A stretch of DNA of 63,896 bases, filler included, from Platydemus manokwari (Eukaryota): NCBI GenBank assembly GCA_037951405.1. It is 6 parts of 6 records of this genome, joined end to end, with 100 filler letters (N's around TTAATTAATTAA, not from the genome) between each part and the next. Parts side by side here need not be neighbours in the genome. Positions count along the whole stretch, not along the records: positions 1 to 10,001 come from JBBMOY011180545.1; positions 10,102 to 23,978 come from JBBMOY011590299.1; 4 more parts are not named here. One strand, given 5' to 3'. Shown here in pieces: positions 1 through 14,288 of this stretch (the first letter of the stretch is position 1; the number at the start of each line of letters is the position of its first letter). The position numbers and the translations under genes are program-made. A model generated the notes under the pieces. That model saw only the letters and a list, made by a program, of their open reading frames with translations, was not told the origin of the DNA and made no database searches.

Positions 1-1725
1 TACAAATTTATCAGGACTTATATAAATTGACAATTATTAAGTTACATAACTTTACCAAAAATAATTAAAAATTTTAATTTTCTATTTATTTTTTATTATG
101 TATGTGATGTTAAAGCATTTTTTCAACTCAATAGCTTTGTATGATGAATATAATAAATGATGAGAATAATAAAAGAAAATACTAGTTTTTTTATCTAAAA
201 TTTCAAATAACATTATCTTTACACAGAGTTTTTATTGTTCTTCTGCAATTTTTAAAAATTCGTTTTCATTCTTTCATCAATCACAGTTATATTACTATTT
301 TCACTTTTAAAACAGTTATCATTTTTACAATCATTAAAATAACTTCAATTATTAAAAGTAATGCTTTGGATGGATACGCATGCATCAAATAAATTAACAA
401 TACGATGTAAAAATATAGTTAAAATATAAATTCGATAATAAAATTAATTAAAAGAAAAATCATAAATTTGAAAGTATCTGAAATAGAATTTCAAAAACCT
501 CAAGTTGCATATAAACAAGGACAAATTAAAAACTAATATGACCCAAAGGTAATTTTTAAGAGTCCTATGACATTGAAGTAAATCACTGATGGTAGGAGAA
601 CCAATAAACTTCTATAACTTGGCAAGGATGACCAGTATAATAAATGTTACTAATGGAGTAATATCGTTGATGTATGGCTTTTGAGGATTAGATGGAGCCA
701 CTTCTCAAGAAAACCGTCAAGAGTGTGATATCAAGAAAAGTCAAAAGGGATCCAAGCATAAGAGGAATAAAATGAAAAAATGTTGACGAAAATATTTGAA
801 GAACTTCAAGTAAAGGACACTACCCCAAGCAATGGTAGGAGTAATATCACTGAGTGAATTAACCAACATGATCGGCTTGGTGGAAATAGCCACGAACAAT
901 TAAAGTTCACGAATACATGGAGTTTCGAAAAGAAAGAAAACAATTTCAAACGAACAACTGAGAGGTAATTCCTTCAAAGTGGAATAATGGGAATAACATG
1001 GAGCTAAGTTATTCAAGACGAATAAGTTAGGCCAATGGAATACGAAATCTTGACTACGAATTAACTGATTCCATCAAATAATTAGATTTCAATGATCCAT
1101 TTAAATAAATGTTACTCAATGAATTATTAATCGTTATAATAAATAATTGATAAAAAGATTTTGAAAAATCACACTGTTTGATTTTAAGATTAGTTTCCAG
1201 TTTACTATAAAATATTAATTTCTCTAAAAAGGTTCAAACAAACTATCGGGATAAACATAAATTATAAATTATATTTTCAAAACTTTATTATCTGTTTGTT
1301 CTACTTGTTGATTAGTAAAGCCGTTATTTCTTAAAATGTAAATTTAGAATCATAAAAACTTATTTAAATAGAAGAAAAACATAATAGTTTGTCAATGTGG
1401 GATAATGAGTGAGATTATATGTTATTATAATGATATTATTTACTTATGTTTAATAAACAATAGTATGATTTCAATTATTTATCGTTAAAATGTCTTAATT
1501 AATTTTATTTCAATGAAATAATTCAGGGTTAATCTTCTGTCAAAAATAATATTAATCTTTTCTCTATAGTTTCTTCTGCTCAATGAGGTAACAGGTGTTT
1601 CGCATATATTTTAATCCTCTATGTGACAATTGATTGGTTTAATAGTAATATAAATATTCAACCATTTCATCAACAAAATCATCACAAAATCGACCTGCTT
1701 CTGAAATATTAATTTTTAGATCTCA

Positions 1726-2313
1726 ATGAAGAAATTTATGCTTGTGTTGTCAATAAGTTTTGTTGGAATCATAACAAGTATAAGTTATGATTCTAAAAAT
1801 CAATGTTGTTTTCCTAACAAATGGGGAATAAGAATAGATTACCATTTTAAAGAAAGAGGATCCACTTGGGGTTTCGATGATGCAGAGGAAATCTACTACG
1901 ATTATTCTCAAAGAGCTAAGCTAATTCACTACGTTCAAGCCGATAGTTATGTGATAGTTAATAAAACTACAATGTATACAGAGAGCAATACAATGCCGAG
2001 TCACAATGGATGTAGTGATAATAGAAACCATATCCAATATAACTTAGACAATGAAGCTTTAATAGGAACAAAACAATGTATCGGAATCGGAAACGGATAT
2101 AACGAAATCTCCAAATCCGATGGTATTGTTAGTCTTCATAAAAGATTACCTTTGGCCAATGTTACATATATGTTTGAAATTGAAAACTGTAAACTGATTG
2201 GTCAAGATAAAGAAGACAAAGATGGATTCTACTCTTACAAAGTTAATGGGGGAATGCTGGAAATGTTGATTTTTGATAATTATATGGATAATCTGAGAAT
2301 GCTATGTGTCTAA
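1726..2313 (+). CDS. Secreted ependymin-related (EPDR-like) protein, 195 aa, intronless CDS
   Basis: Hydrophobic signal peptide MKKFMLVLSISFVGIITS. CCFPNKW (CCxPxxW) followed by YYDY, then spaced Cys (GC, QCI, NCK, terminal LCV) and a late F-D-N. N-glycosylation sequons NKT and NVT. Acceptor-like TTTTTAG 6 nt before the ATG. Confidence 0.6.
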   Translation: MKKFMLVLSISFVGIITSISYDSKNQCCFPNKWGIRIDYHFKERGSTWGFDDAEEIYYDYSQRAKLIHYVQADSYVIVNKTTMYTESNTMPSHNGCSDNRNHIQYNLDNEALIGTKQCIGIGNGYNEISKSDGIVSLHKRLPLANVTYMFEIENCKLIGQDKEDKDGFYSYKVNGGMLEMLIFDNYMDNLRMLCV

Positions 2314-3799
2314 AAATGAAGCTAATCGTTATAGTAAATAAATGTCGTTCACATACTATTTTCAAAAAAAGTTGTAATGACAATAACTGATTATAATAAT
2401 AATTACTAGTATAAAATTAATATTAATAATAATTAGTTATAAATACTGTACGTTAACGTTGTTATTTTTCATTCATTTTCAATTTAATTTTACTTTTCAA
2501 AGTGCCGCTTTAACACAGCAAACTCTTTCAAAAATTTCCTTAATTAATTTTTTTAGTTATTTAGATCCGATGAATCTTTGCTTTAACAGAATCTTTTGTT
2601 TTCAAGTTTCATCGTTCCTGCTAACTTTGAATGAACATCTGAATATTCCGTGCATATGTGTGATTTGAATATAAAGACGTTATGAATAATTTTTAAACAA
2701 TTCAATTGTTATGATTTCTTAGATAATTTTATAAAGTAAAAGATCAGATATGAAAAAATCATCAATTCTCAAAACTACTCGACAAATAAAGAAGTTACTT
2801 GACCTTGATCTGTGACAAAATTTTTGTAAAAACAACTCATTAAATAAAATAAAATTTTGTTTATAGCCAAAAAGATAATTTATGTTCTTAATCATTTATA
2901 TTTTATCAAATATCTATCGATATCAATATTTAGTTGAAGTTCTTGACAATAATAAAAGTTCCACCAAAGCATCACATTATCAGGTTTCTGATAATATTCT
3001 TAAAAGAACTGATTTATTTCAAGATTCTATTCTGTAATGCATCAAGTAGATTAACTAATTAATTGTTAATCTAATAGATTAATATATCATTAACCAATGA
3101 TTTTTCTTCATTAGGTATCCTAAGTTGACTTTTATCCATATAGATTTATTTAGCCCTTCAATAAGTCATCGAAGTCTTTTCTCTGACTCATTTTCTATAA
3201 CAAAAATCTTTCGAAATGTGTTTTTGTCTATCCAAAAAATAATTCATTACAAGCGTAGCAACTAGAAAAATGTTCATTTTTAAAGTGTAACTAATCATAC
3301 ATTTTATTAAATAATTTTATTTTAATAGTTAGAATAAGAATTGCTTACCAAAATGATCAGATATTTTCTTATTACGGTATCTCTCAAAGAAATAATAAAA
3401 CTTTGAATATAACAAAATATCACACATGGGGCAAATACACTCCAAAGTAACAATTGCAAGGTGCCCTTCGGAAAATACAGGTTAGTATCTTTCTTTCATT
3501 TTCAACACCACTAATTTATTATAGGAAGATTGTATTATGACGTGTATGCATTTTTTAAAATCTTTTTAGTTTCTTCTCTTTTTATCATAGTATTGTTAGG
3601 ACTTAATTCTGAATAACTAAATAATTGCTGATACAAAAAATCAAAGATCGTAAGCATTATTTCTAACTCAAGTACTAATCAGTACGAACCACAAATATTG
3701 GTTTACAACTTGTACCCGTACTACTCAGTACAACTCTAAAATTCATTACCATGTCCCAAGAAACGCAACCAAAACATGGCATACAAATTACAGCTTTCC

Positions 3800-4120
3800 A
3801 TCTTTACATCAGTACTTATACTTGAGATTTATGCGTAATTTTTTGTGTCATGTTTGTATGAAATTTTGATTTGATCTTTACTTTCTCTTGTTTCTATTGG
3901 ACTTTTGTTTTTGTTTGTGTGGAATTGCTCAATCCTTATGTATGTGTTGCTGTGTGGCTATGGTCCTTTTTCCAATTATAGTTTTACATGTAACTCAAAC
4001 ACGATTGGTTGATTGCCATGCCTGTATGTTTGTGTAGGCATGCAGATGTGTACAGTGCTACAACAAGGATTTCAAGGTCCAAACCCATTTTTCTTTCTCA
4101 AGATTTCGCCTCACTCAACA
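3800..4120 (-). repeat. Dispersed LTR-like repeat family A (begins TGTTGAGT on the - strand)
   Basis: About 320 bp aligns by eye with 53463-53770 (shared tctttacatcagta, gtttctattg, atgcctgtatg, tttcaaggt, tcaagattt). Weaker inverted similarity to 51451-51696. Confidence 0.65.
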
Positions 4121-5991
4121 GTATCATTTTTACGAAATGAATGTATTATTGTTGTGATTTTATTTGATGTTGATGTGTCGCGTATAAGAATAAGTAGAAG
4201 TAGAATTAGGCCAATGATTTATCCCTATCATCAATCTTAACCTAATCAAATTGTAGTTTAAGTGTCTTTAGATCACTGAAATAAGCGTGAATGTGATAAG
4301 TAAAAATTAAGATAAACTTAATTTTATTGTTTAAACAAATCGGTGAAAACTAAAGCAAAAGATAAATATAAATATCAAAGATACTTAAAAATATAGAATA
4401 TGAGGAAATGAATTTAATATTGTCATACCATGAATGAATTAATGAAAACCTTAGTATAGTGGATAGTTTTATAACAATAAGTGGATACATTTTTTCATCT
4501 ACCAATATTATCTCTTCTACCTTTACATCGACATTAGCAATTCTATGGATTATACTGAATTTATTTAAAATAATGTGGTATTCCTAAAAACTGAAGTAAT
4601 TATTTCTTCTAAACTCTTCTTGAAACTTCACTTTCGTAAATTTTAATAGAAGTTGGGCATTATTATATGTGTTAAGAATAATCATATAGATATTTAAAAA
4701 CAATAATTATCTATTTTTATTTGAATTTAAATGAGAATCTAATTGATTATTTAATTTAGTGTTCACAAATTCAATAAAAAACCGGACATTTCAGCATATT
4801 AGTTGCTTGTAATTAATTCTGTATTAATCTAAATATAATATATTAATAATAATTTTCAATCAAATTTTTGACAATCAACAATTACGATAAATAAATAACA
4901 ATAACGAAAGTGTGATTAAAATATATTTTAAAGAGTAACAGTTGTTAAAGTCTGAAGAAATTGGTCATATTGGATCCTGACTGCGTGTTAAAATTTTATC
5001 ATGGGTATGTTATCTTAATTTAATTTAAGAATTCAAGTATTTACTAGTGTAGAGTAAGTAAGTATTATTCATAATAAAGGATCCGAGCTAAAATTGAGTA
5101 GACATTAAAATGCAATTTAGAGCGATAAGCGAAAATTAAAATCGTTGTATCTAAAATTTTGTTATTTTCAATTTAATTTGAATTGTAGACTCATACGATT
5201 GCATGTGCTATTTTTAGTAACTTCATTTATTCGTACTTTTTAATTATATTTCCATCATTTTAGATTTTTAGCAAACTTAAATCTAGATTGAATCCCGTCT
5301 TTCTGTACGACTGAACACAATGGGGTACAATTAGATCTCGCCAATGTCTTTGTTAAATAAAATATCTTTATGATACTACAGTTTTTGAATACATTAACTT
5401 TGCACACCAAAAATTTGAAATTTTTTATCCAAACTAATTACTGTAATTGTTCTCCGATTTTTGTATTTGTTATACATTGTATTTCTACTTATAATACGCG
5501 TAATCTAATTACTGGGAAGTTTGAAATTTTGATTGGGATAAATCAAATATATAATTTAATAATAAAAAATTGAAATAGATATAAATGTAATAAATATAAA
5601 TGTAATATACATTTATATATTAATTAATAAATCATATTAGAAGGTATAATGACTAAATATCGATAACCTCCGATGTTAAGTGTTTCAGTTTTATAAATTA
5701 TATGCACGGAGTTGATCCAAACCTTGACAATTATAATTATTTATCAATGCAGACTACATATTAACTGACCAAATTATTACACATGATATTTAATCGATTA
5801 ACGAATAATATTAACAACCAATCAAAATCAATCTATGCTCACTCAATAAATAAAACTAATAAATTACAACAACATTTTAAGACGATATGTAGAAATTTAT
5901 TGATAAACCACAGCCATGTTTGTTAATACAAAATACGATTACATAAAAAAGTGGGAGTGAAAAAATGATATGGATAAAAGGCTAAAACTGT

Positions 5992-6967
5992 TTAATAAAC
6001 CGATGTTTGAACTTCCGATCCCATCTGGCTGGGAATATAAAGCGGTTGTTTTGTTGATCCTGTACCGACAAAATAACTCGCCGGAGCATGGTATTGAGTG
6101 CTTTTAGCTCCAGTTGTCATTTTGCTACGCATATCCATCTCTCTGAGCTCGTCGATAATGTGTTTATTCTGAATAGAATATCTCATTCAACAGTGCTCAA
6201 TTATAAATCATCAGTTGACATACTTTGAAAAATTTATCCCCACAATAAACAAGGGTCAAAAAGAAAATTGATAATAAACCATAGAAAATAACCAAGCATG
6301 CAAACCCAAAAGAAAATCCCAAGAAATTTAAATCAGGCCGCAGTTGCCAAGATCTATCTTCAGCATTGATGGCGAATGTTATCACACTCACCGAAATTAG
6401 AACAACAGTTCCTATCTTAAATAGAAAATTAACGGTTACTTGATTATTGATATAATGTGAATATTTTAATAACAAAAAATCAATCTATAAAACATAAATG
6501 TTTACCTGACAAATAAGCGCAATAGTAGATTCAATGATTGGATTTCCAATAAGCAAAAAATACAGAATAACACAAATAACAGTAACACATTGAAGTATAA
6601 ATCCAATTGATATAAGAACTTGAACAGCAATCAACCAATATGGGTTAATATATATCCATAATCCATTGATGTAAACCAGTGGAGTGTATAACCAAAAACA
6701 TCCAGAATATTTATTATTTTTAAGGTCCTAAAATAATTATAACAATTATTATTTTAAAATAATGCTTACATCTGGGTGTATATAATTATTAAAGCAAACA
6801 GACCATAGACCCATACGAACAAAGGAATTATAGGCCGATTCAAAAGAAACTAGCCAGAAAGGGCTTGAGTAACTTATCAAGTAAAATATAAAACTTATAA
6901 AAACACACACTAAAGCGCCCATTAAGGGCATATCGACGACTGTTATAGAATTTCCGAGTTTGACCAT
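5992..6967 (-). CDS. Claudin/PMP22/EMP-superfamily tetraspan protein (invertebrate septate-junction claudin-like), ~262 aa. Exons 6967-6770, 6727-6506, 6415-6224, 6168-5992.
   Basis: Claudin loop signature W...GLW..C...C (SPFWLVSF...RMGLWSVCFNNYIHPD|DLKNNKYSGCFW). Four hydrophobic helices, an LGFSFGFA motif before TM4, and a polar tail ending QTSVY. Three phase-0 GT-AG introns of 42, 90 and 55 nt join the frames without stops. Confidence 0.85.
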
Positions 6968-8194
6968 TTGAATATATTAAGGAAAATATTTATTTATCAT
7001 TACCTTGAAAATATATATTAAAACAAAGAAGAATTTGTGAAAATTTTTTTAACAGATTTCGGTTTCATTGCTTCAGAAATAATTATAAATGAGAAAATTA
7101 TTCTTTTGATTTTTTACAGTTCACATTAAAAAAATATAATAATTACTAATAGTTTTAGGAAAGTTATATCTCAGTTTGAAAATATTTAAATTATTCACGA
7201 AATCAACATTGTGCTCCTTAACCTACCAGATTTATATTTGTAAAATGGCAATTCCATGATTTTAAATGTAGTACCATTATTAAATTAATCATCTTAATTT
7301 AATTAAGTGCAATTCAATTTCATAATAATTTATTTATAATTATTTTGATTTGGTGTGTTAAAAATTAAATTATATTATCAACTCAAAATTTAAAATAATT
7401 CTAAAAGAAAAAGAAATATTATTGAAAAATAGCAATTATTTTTTGAAATTCACTTAAAAGAAAAACGGCGCTTCGATAAATGATTTTGATGATCTATCTC
7501 AACATTTTTTCTAATAGAAGGATTTGAACAATATTCGTACAATTGCAATTCAAATTTAAAAATTTTTAATATTTCGAATATTTGATTCTGAATGAACGAA
7601 GAGTGAAATATTATTATCAGACAATAATAATTTGGTGCATGTTATTTTATCGATGCGTATTTTTGGCCTTTAATTGGTTGACATTATTTATTTAGTTTAA
7701 ACTTTTGGCTTAATAATTTATAAAATGCTCTAGAAATACAAAGATTAAAATTGTGACTTAATTTCCCGAGAGAAATTGTAAGAAATTATTGTATCTGATG
7801 TTAATAAGAATATTTAATTAGTTATTTTAATGTGAAATATGTGATGATTACATTTTCTTGATAAATTAGGTGCAAACACATCTAATAAAATAAAATTAAG
7901 TAAATTAAATTGATCGTTTAGACAAATCATGGAATAACCGTCAGGTAAGTAAACATTTCGGAAAAACTGACTAGTCAATCATACTGAGAAATTCCGAAAC
8001 AAAATGACTCGTGTAATTTTGACCATCACTGCAACAAAAGATTTGGTAGTTACATTATATTCGGGCCATATTGATATTTCAAATATTGAATTTCAAATTT
8101 AGCAAACACATTATTGAAGATATTGATTTTATAAAACATTATTTCTTTTGGAATGGAACACATTTGATTTTAATGAACAAAAATATCAATTACT

Positions 8195-8460
8195 AAGGCT
8201 TGTTATTACAAATGTTTATTATTGAATGAGATCGATACATACTGACAACTAAATAAAATAACAAAATAAAAAATTACAAGTTAGTTTATGATATACTATA
8301 CATCAAACCTTAAAATATCTCTTAACAATTTCTGGATTAAGAATGACGGTTAATAAACTCCACAATCTTGGAGCAAAACCAATTACATTTCAAGGTGATT
8401 GAGTAAAAATTGAAGAGTAGGAAATAAGTGATGTATAATATTGATCAGTATTTTATAAAA
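8195..8460 (-). repeat. Dispersed repeat family B, inverted partial copy
   Basis: Reverse complement matches ~41995-42255 and ~39025-39270 (aaaatactgatcaatattata, ctccaaga.tgtggag, aggtttgatgtatagt). Confidence 0.75.
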
Positions 8461-9929
8461 ATGAATTATAGTATAGGGTCTTCCAAAAAATACTGGAAAT
8501 AAGTGGAATTCTGATCTCCGACAGAATGATCTTTTCCCGTGTCATGTCCTCGTGTACAACAATTGTATCTTAACTCTGTTTGTAAATTGTGTTAAAGAGC
8601 ATACGGTAACTATGACTACTGTCTTTTATAAGCAGTGATGAAGAATTCGTAGAAATTCTCCATGATTATAATTTTATGCCATGCATTTTTACCTTCATGC
8701 TAGAAAATATTACCGTGGAGAGAAATTCTCTATGATAAAATTTAATTGACTGAATATTTTATTCACTTCTTGTATATACTGTGAGCGATAATAGATGTCA
8801 ATTTATTTGTCAGTGTTGTGCGATAATATGCTACCGGTTATTATTTTATGAATAAATTTATTTTAATGTTTTTTTCTTTGGCATAGTTTTTCAGGTATTA
8901 TTATTTTGATAATTGAATATTTATGGAAGATAATTATTATAAATATACAATATATCATTTTATAAATATGATGTTAATAAGCTGGCTTCATAATGCCTTT
9001 CAGGAATTGTCAAGTTAACAATAAATATTGGTCAAATTCAAGATATAAGGAATATGATACAAATCAGTACATATGGCAAATTTTCTTATCATCCTAAGCA
9101 ATAAAATTAATATATACTGCCATAAAAAGGTACGTAATATCATGCAAAAATGTTTTGTTTCAGTTTGTTTTTGCAAAACTCCAGCAATTAGAGAGCAAGT
9201 TAACTAGATCAAATAATGGACATGGTGTTATTTTAATTAAATTGAACGAATCATTGTATTTATTATAGTAAACTTTATTACGATTTGATAGACTTTTATT
9301 CTGAAGAAATTTTATGACAGAAACTCGAGTGAAAGATAATTTTCCCCGGTAAACCTAATGATTGACTTATTCTGATGATTCGTCATCTCTGAGGCACAAA
9401 TAACTAAATTTTATTTTAATTTCAGTTAGAAAAACGAAACGAGCGCACATTATGATGTGGCAAGCTATTAATTTTAGAATTTGTTTCATTTTTATTTATA
9501 ACAATAGAAGATTTTACTTATTTATTTTACTTATTTTGATTTATCATATTAATGATATTTGTTTAATTATTTGGTCAAGATTAATTTCTGTATTCCTGTG
9601 ATAATGCATTAATAATACATAAACTATCACCATCTTTGATACGAACAGTTTTATGAAACATATCATCGGCGTAAATATTGATTGTTTAGATAAAAAGAAT
9701 TCTTCTTTTGAAATATAAAATAATTACTTTGTCTTAATTAGGTAATATGTTAAAGTTTATAAAGATTTTCGAAATTAAAATTAAAAACCGCATCAGAAAT
9801 TCATTGCATGATAAGAGCAGATAAGCGATAATTTTGTTAAATAAATTAAGAATTTTAAAGCCAAATAAATAATAATTTGGATTTAATCTTATGATAAATT
9901 GTAACTCTAAAAGTTATAAATGGAAACTA

Positions 9930-10219
9930 TTAGGTTGTCCCATATGAAATGTCCGATTTTCATGCACATATTTGAAGAAGCATAACTCATAAGAAAATAT
10001 TNNNNNNNNNNNNNNNNNNNNNNNNNNNNNNNNNNNNNNNNNNNNTTAATTAATTAANNNNNNNNNNNNNNNNNNNNNNNNNNNNNNNNNNNNNNNNNNN
10101 NTTATCAATTAGTTAATATATGACCTTACAATTAATAAATGATAACAATTAAATTTATTCATTGAAATACAAATTTTATCTCATTTTTGTAAAAGCCGGA
10201 ATCATACTAATATACCTAA
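9930..10219. mobile_element. Mariner-type terminal repeats flanking an assembly gap
   Basis: Left end TA|TTAGGTTGTCCCATATGAAATGTCCGATTTT. Right end AAAAGCCGGAATCATACTAATATACCTAA followed by a (TA)n run. The two ends are only loosely complementary and may belong to different elements. Confidence 0.55.
10002..10101. other. Assembly gap with synthetic six-frame-stop linker
   Basis: 100-nt N block with central TTAATTAATTAA. The same structure occurs five times in the window. Confidence 0.97.
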
Positions 10220-12774
10220 TATATATATATATATATATATTATAAATTTTAAATATTTATTAACTGGAATCTCTTTCTTGTTTATAAAATATATTTTACC
10301 AGATTTTAATACTCCATTAAAATATTTAATATTTATGATTTATTTGAAAAAATAATATTTACTATATATTTTCATTCTTATTTAATAAGAATTTTAAAAA
10401 TAAGCTGTCACAACAACCATAATCCATATATGTTATTTTTGATAATTATTTTCCGATGTGAAATATGTTGGGGATGACTTTGAAAACACCTAATATTCGC
10501 CTTTATTCTGTCAACATCTGGTTTTCATTTGTAGTTTCGGAAAGTCAGCAATAATACCACACTAACATTCGTAATTGTGATGAAAAGAGGTATTGGGAAT
10601 TCAGGACAAAAGCTCCCAATCACTTGGATGGATTGTAAAACGTTATCCTCACTCATAGAAAAATAATCCCCTATTTGCTATATAAATAAAAATGAATTCA
10701 TTAAACATTTGAATTTCGAGAAAAAATAATTTCCATAAATTAAATCATGAAAAATACACTTTTTATAGACGCAGCATTTATGATAAGAAAGCGAAATTAT
10801 ACCAAATTATACCTAGTTTAATATTAGGTTACCTATAATAATTGCCATTGAATTGTAATACTGATAACTCAAGTTTTCTCAAGAGATTGATCAGCTGCAA
10901 ATAGAAATACAAAGGAATTTATTGAAAAAGATTAAGGAATTCTAAAGAATAAATACAAAATTTTCGGGGATTATTAGATTTAAAACCAGTAAATTTTGCT
11001 TACTATCTAATCAGCTATATAGAATAATAGATTTAGAAATGGTGTTGGAATTTGAAAAGAGAACAAATCTGGAATTAAGAATACTTGGACTTAGGCTTTC
11101 AATTGAAGCCTGGCAATAAAAAAGAAGTGTCAGGTTGACCAATGAAAATTAAAAATGAATAAATAAATTGTGAACAAAAAAATATAAATACATAAAGGTT
11201 GATTGATACACGAAAATCATTTTTATAAAATAATAAGAATATTGACAGAAACTCCTAGTCTTTTATAATAATTAAGCATATGAGTATAAATAATTTCAGA
11301 TGATGATAATATCGTGATTTTAATAATTATTTTCTGAATTACTTCTTTCTTCTGCCCAGAACTTTTTGGAATGACATTTCGATTTTTCAGTTTTGATTTT
11401 GAAGTACTTCATTGAAAATTATATTCATTTAAATATTAAACATTATTATGAACAATATTATGTTGTTAATATAAAAGGACATTGTGAATTTTTAATTTTT
11501 AATAGAAATTACAATACATATTGACAAGCTGTACAGAATATATCACAAATATTTTGCTTAAAGATATATATCATTAATTAACATACCTGAAAATTCTAAT
11601 GTTTCAATAAAATTAGATCATCAGATTCAAATAAACCTCTTCCATTAAACTTAATCATTGAGTATTTTTGCAAATCATTTTCATTTTGTTTATCTCAATC
11701 AATTTTAATAACACACCTTTCAATAAATATAATACTGATTCGTCCAATTATTGTAGCAAATGGAAAACCGAATTTTTAAAATCTCAAAACTATTTCTTAA
11801 ATTTTAAATAAGTATTTCGATTTACAATGATGAATTCTATTGTGATAATTATTATCATTATTCAATTAGATGGCTTCGGACCTTTTCAATACTTTTCATT
11901 TGAGAAGTTTATTTTAGTACATAAGCCAAATAAAATATATATCCGTAATAATGGCAATATTCGTCAGACATTTATTGATAATTTAACGAGGTGTGCGTTT
12001 TCAAATTGCGGTGGTATTGGAAAACTAAATGGAAGTTATGTAAAAATTAAGAAGAAAAACACCATCATATATGTATGAAGTCAAACGAAGTTGTTGTGCT
12101 GCCTTTTTGAAATAAATATTTATTAGATTTTATTTAATTTTATGAAATATAGATGATTTCAAAAATTATTTTTATTGCTCACAAATTATATAAAAATAAA
12201 AAAATATCAAATATTTATGTTGATATTTTATAATATTTTACATTCTGATGTATGAAGATGAAACAAGATATGTCATGGTTATTTTGGAAATGTCCACCTA
12301 GTTTTTTAAAAAATATAATTCATTTCTTGAGAGATGTTTCATATGGGTATTCTTTTTCTCATATTATTAATTTTTAACATTTTAATTTACGTTTGTTTTC
12401 GCAATGATTTGTCAATGTATCTGGAAATCGGGAGTCGATTGATTCTTGTCAACTTTAATAATTTGAATAACATTATAAATATTAAAGGAATCTTTTGAAG
12501 ACTGTTTATGGATTTTGCATTACTTTATTTGTACTGAATAAACAAATTATATTTCATCATTGATCTAGGTGATCACAAATAACAGTTATTCATGTTATGT
12601 GATCAATTCAAACAATTAATATATAATAATATATTAATTATTATTTCACTAAAATTATCAATCCACAAATACGGATTGATCATCATTTTTGTTTAAACTT
12701 TACTAAAATATTTGTTTATCTTATTTATCTCAAATATGTTTAAGATTTATCTTCAATTTGGTGTATGCTCATAA

Positions 12775-13170
12775 AGAGGTCCTTTGATTCACTTTCGTAA
12801 TAATGAATTTTCGCGCATGATATAATTTTATAACTTAATTTTATATATAATTGCGACCTTTAATTTAATGGTATAATTCAGTTAATATCTCACTTTTTAG
12901 GATTTGTAACAGGAACAATAATTTTTAAACGATGTTCCTATTCTAATCAAAAAACATTCATGATAATGTCATTGCTTATTTTTATAAAATAATTGTATAT
13001 ATTGTTTTACTTCTAATGCTAAGAAACGGAGTCCTAACTAATTTCCAATAAATTGCAATTCGATCTACTTCGTTCCCTTTTTAAAATATTAAAATTTTAG
13101 AGGATTTTAAAGCTCAAGATTATTTAATATTTGATTTCAAACAACTAAAATTCTTGCTAAGTACTTAGAT
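12775..13170 (+). repeat. Dispersed AT-rich repeat family C
   Basis: Collinear with 22420-22860 (aggtcctttga, ataattttataact, taattcagttaatatct, cattgcttatttttataaaa, acaactaaaattctt). Partial copy at 24079-24165. Confidence 0.7.
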
Positions 13171-13839
13171 TAGTAATTTTATTGTAGAACATATTTTCGT
13201 AACTTAAGCCTTTAATACATATATTCGAAAATCTTATAAGCTGACATTCATTTAAACAATCATTGGATCTCCAGAGATCTATAATATAAAAATTATGAAA
13301 GTTTTATATTAATTTTGATGTCCATCAATTATAAATATTATTGGTAAAATCTGAAGTACAATTATGTAGATATAGATTTTTCACATGAATAAAATTATCA
13401 CAGTTACTAATTTTAGAATAATACTTTAAAATTAATTTGTAATCTGAGACGATACTAATACTTTCTTAAGGAAAATAATAAACAAATTGTTTTATTTACT
13501 TTGAGAGCAAGTAAAATGATTTATTTTAACCAATGTTTACATCGTTGATAAATTGTCAGATTTTACTCTGATATTTGCATTAATATTTCACAAAGACATT
13601 TCTATTGTAAATATTTTTTCTTGAAAATTGCTATCAGGTTTAGTTATCTGGAAATGAGTGACTTTGGTTTGAAAAATTATTTAAATTGTTTGTTTTCATT
13701 AATATTACTAAAACAGTAATGCGAAATCGGTTTGACACGATTTTGGAAATAAGATTTATTCAATATAAATATCACACTTTAATAGTTCATTTAAGTTTAG
13801 TCATCACTGTACGACATGAATATAACCCTTTCGAAACTA

Positions 13840-13960
13840 ACTGAAAGTCACGAGAGAAAATTATATTTAATTACAATTATTTTAACCAATTAATATATAA
13901 AATCGAATTATAAAAGCTTTTGAATTCATTTTAAAAATAATAATCATTATTTTAAAATTT
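13840..13960 (+). repeat. Dispersed repeat; second copy at 44203-44325
   Basis: Shared aactgaaa(a)gtca, aaaattatatttaatt, aattaatatataaaatcg and ttttaaaat. Confidence 0.65.
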
Positions 13961-14106
13961 TAAAAATGAATTCTTCATATTTCCAGCATTTTGAATATTG
14001 TAGTATTTAAATATGGAAATTAGTGCCTATGAAAGCATTTCTTGTTTAGTTTTGCTAGTTTCTATTGGAAAGTAGGCCAGTGATCCATATCCAACATATT
14101 ACAATC

Positions 14107-14288
14107 TATTGGGGTGTTATGATATAAGATGATACTAAATGAAATTAAAACACAATTTTGGTTTTATAAGTGTGCGATAAAATTTAACAATCGGATTTAG
14201 GATAAGATAAAAAGTAGGTTGCGATTTGGTTCCCAACAGAATCTGCTCTCATCTTCAAATCACTCTCGTGCGATAATAATAATAATAT
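14107..14288. repeat. Short LTR-like repeat family D plus flank; second copy at 35037-35222
   Basis: Shared ttgggg, taaatgaaattaaaac, tcggattta, ttgcgatttgg, ccaacagaat, ttcaaatcactctc and (aat)n. The 35037-35157 copy has TGTTGG...CCAACA inverted termini. Confidence 0.65.

Noticed and set aside
480-1100. Purine-rich, coding-like stretch (similar one at 30300-30800), possibly a retroelement remnant
   Set aside because: Many stops and no diagnostic motif I can defend.
9370-9395. TGATGA...CTGA box C/D-like pair
   Set aside because: The boxes are only ~10 nt apart, too close for a snoRNA.
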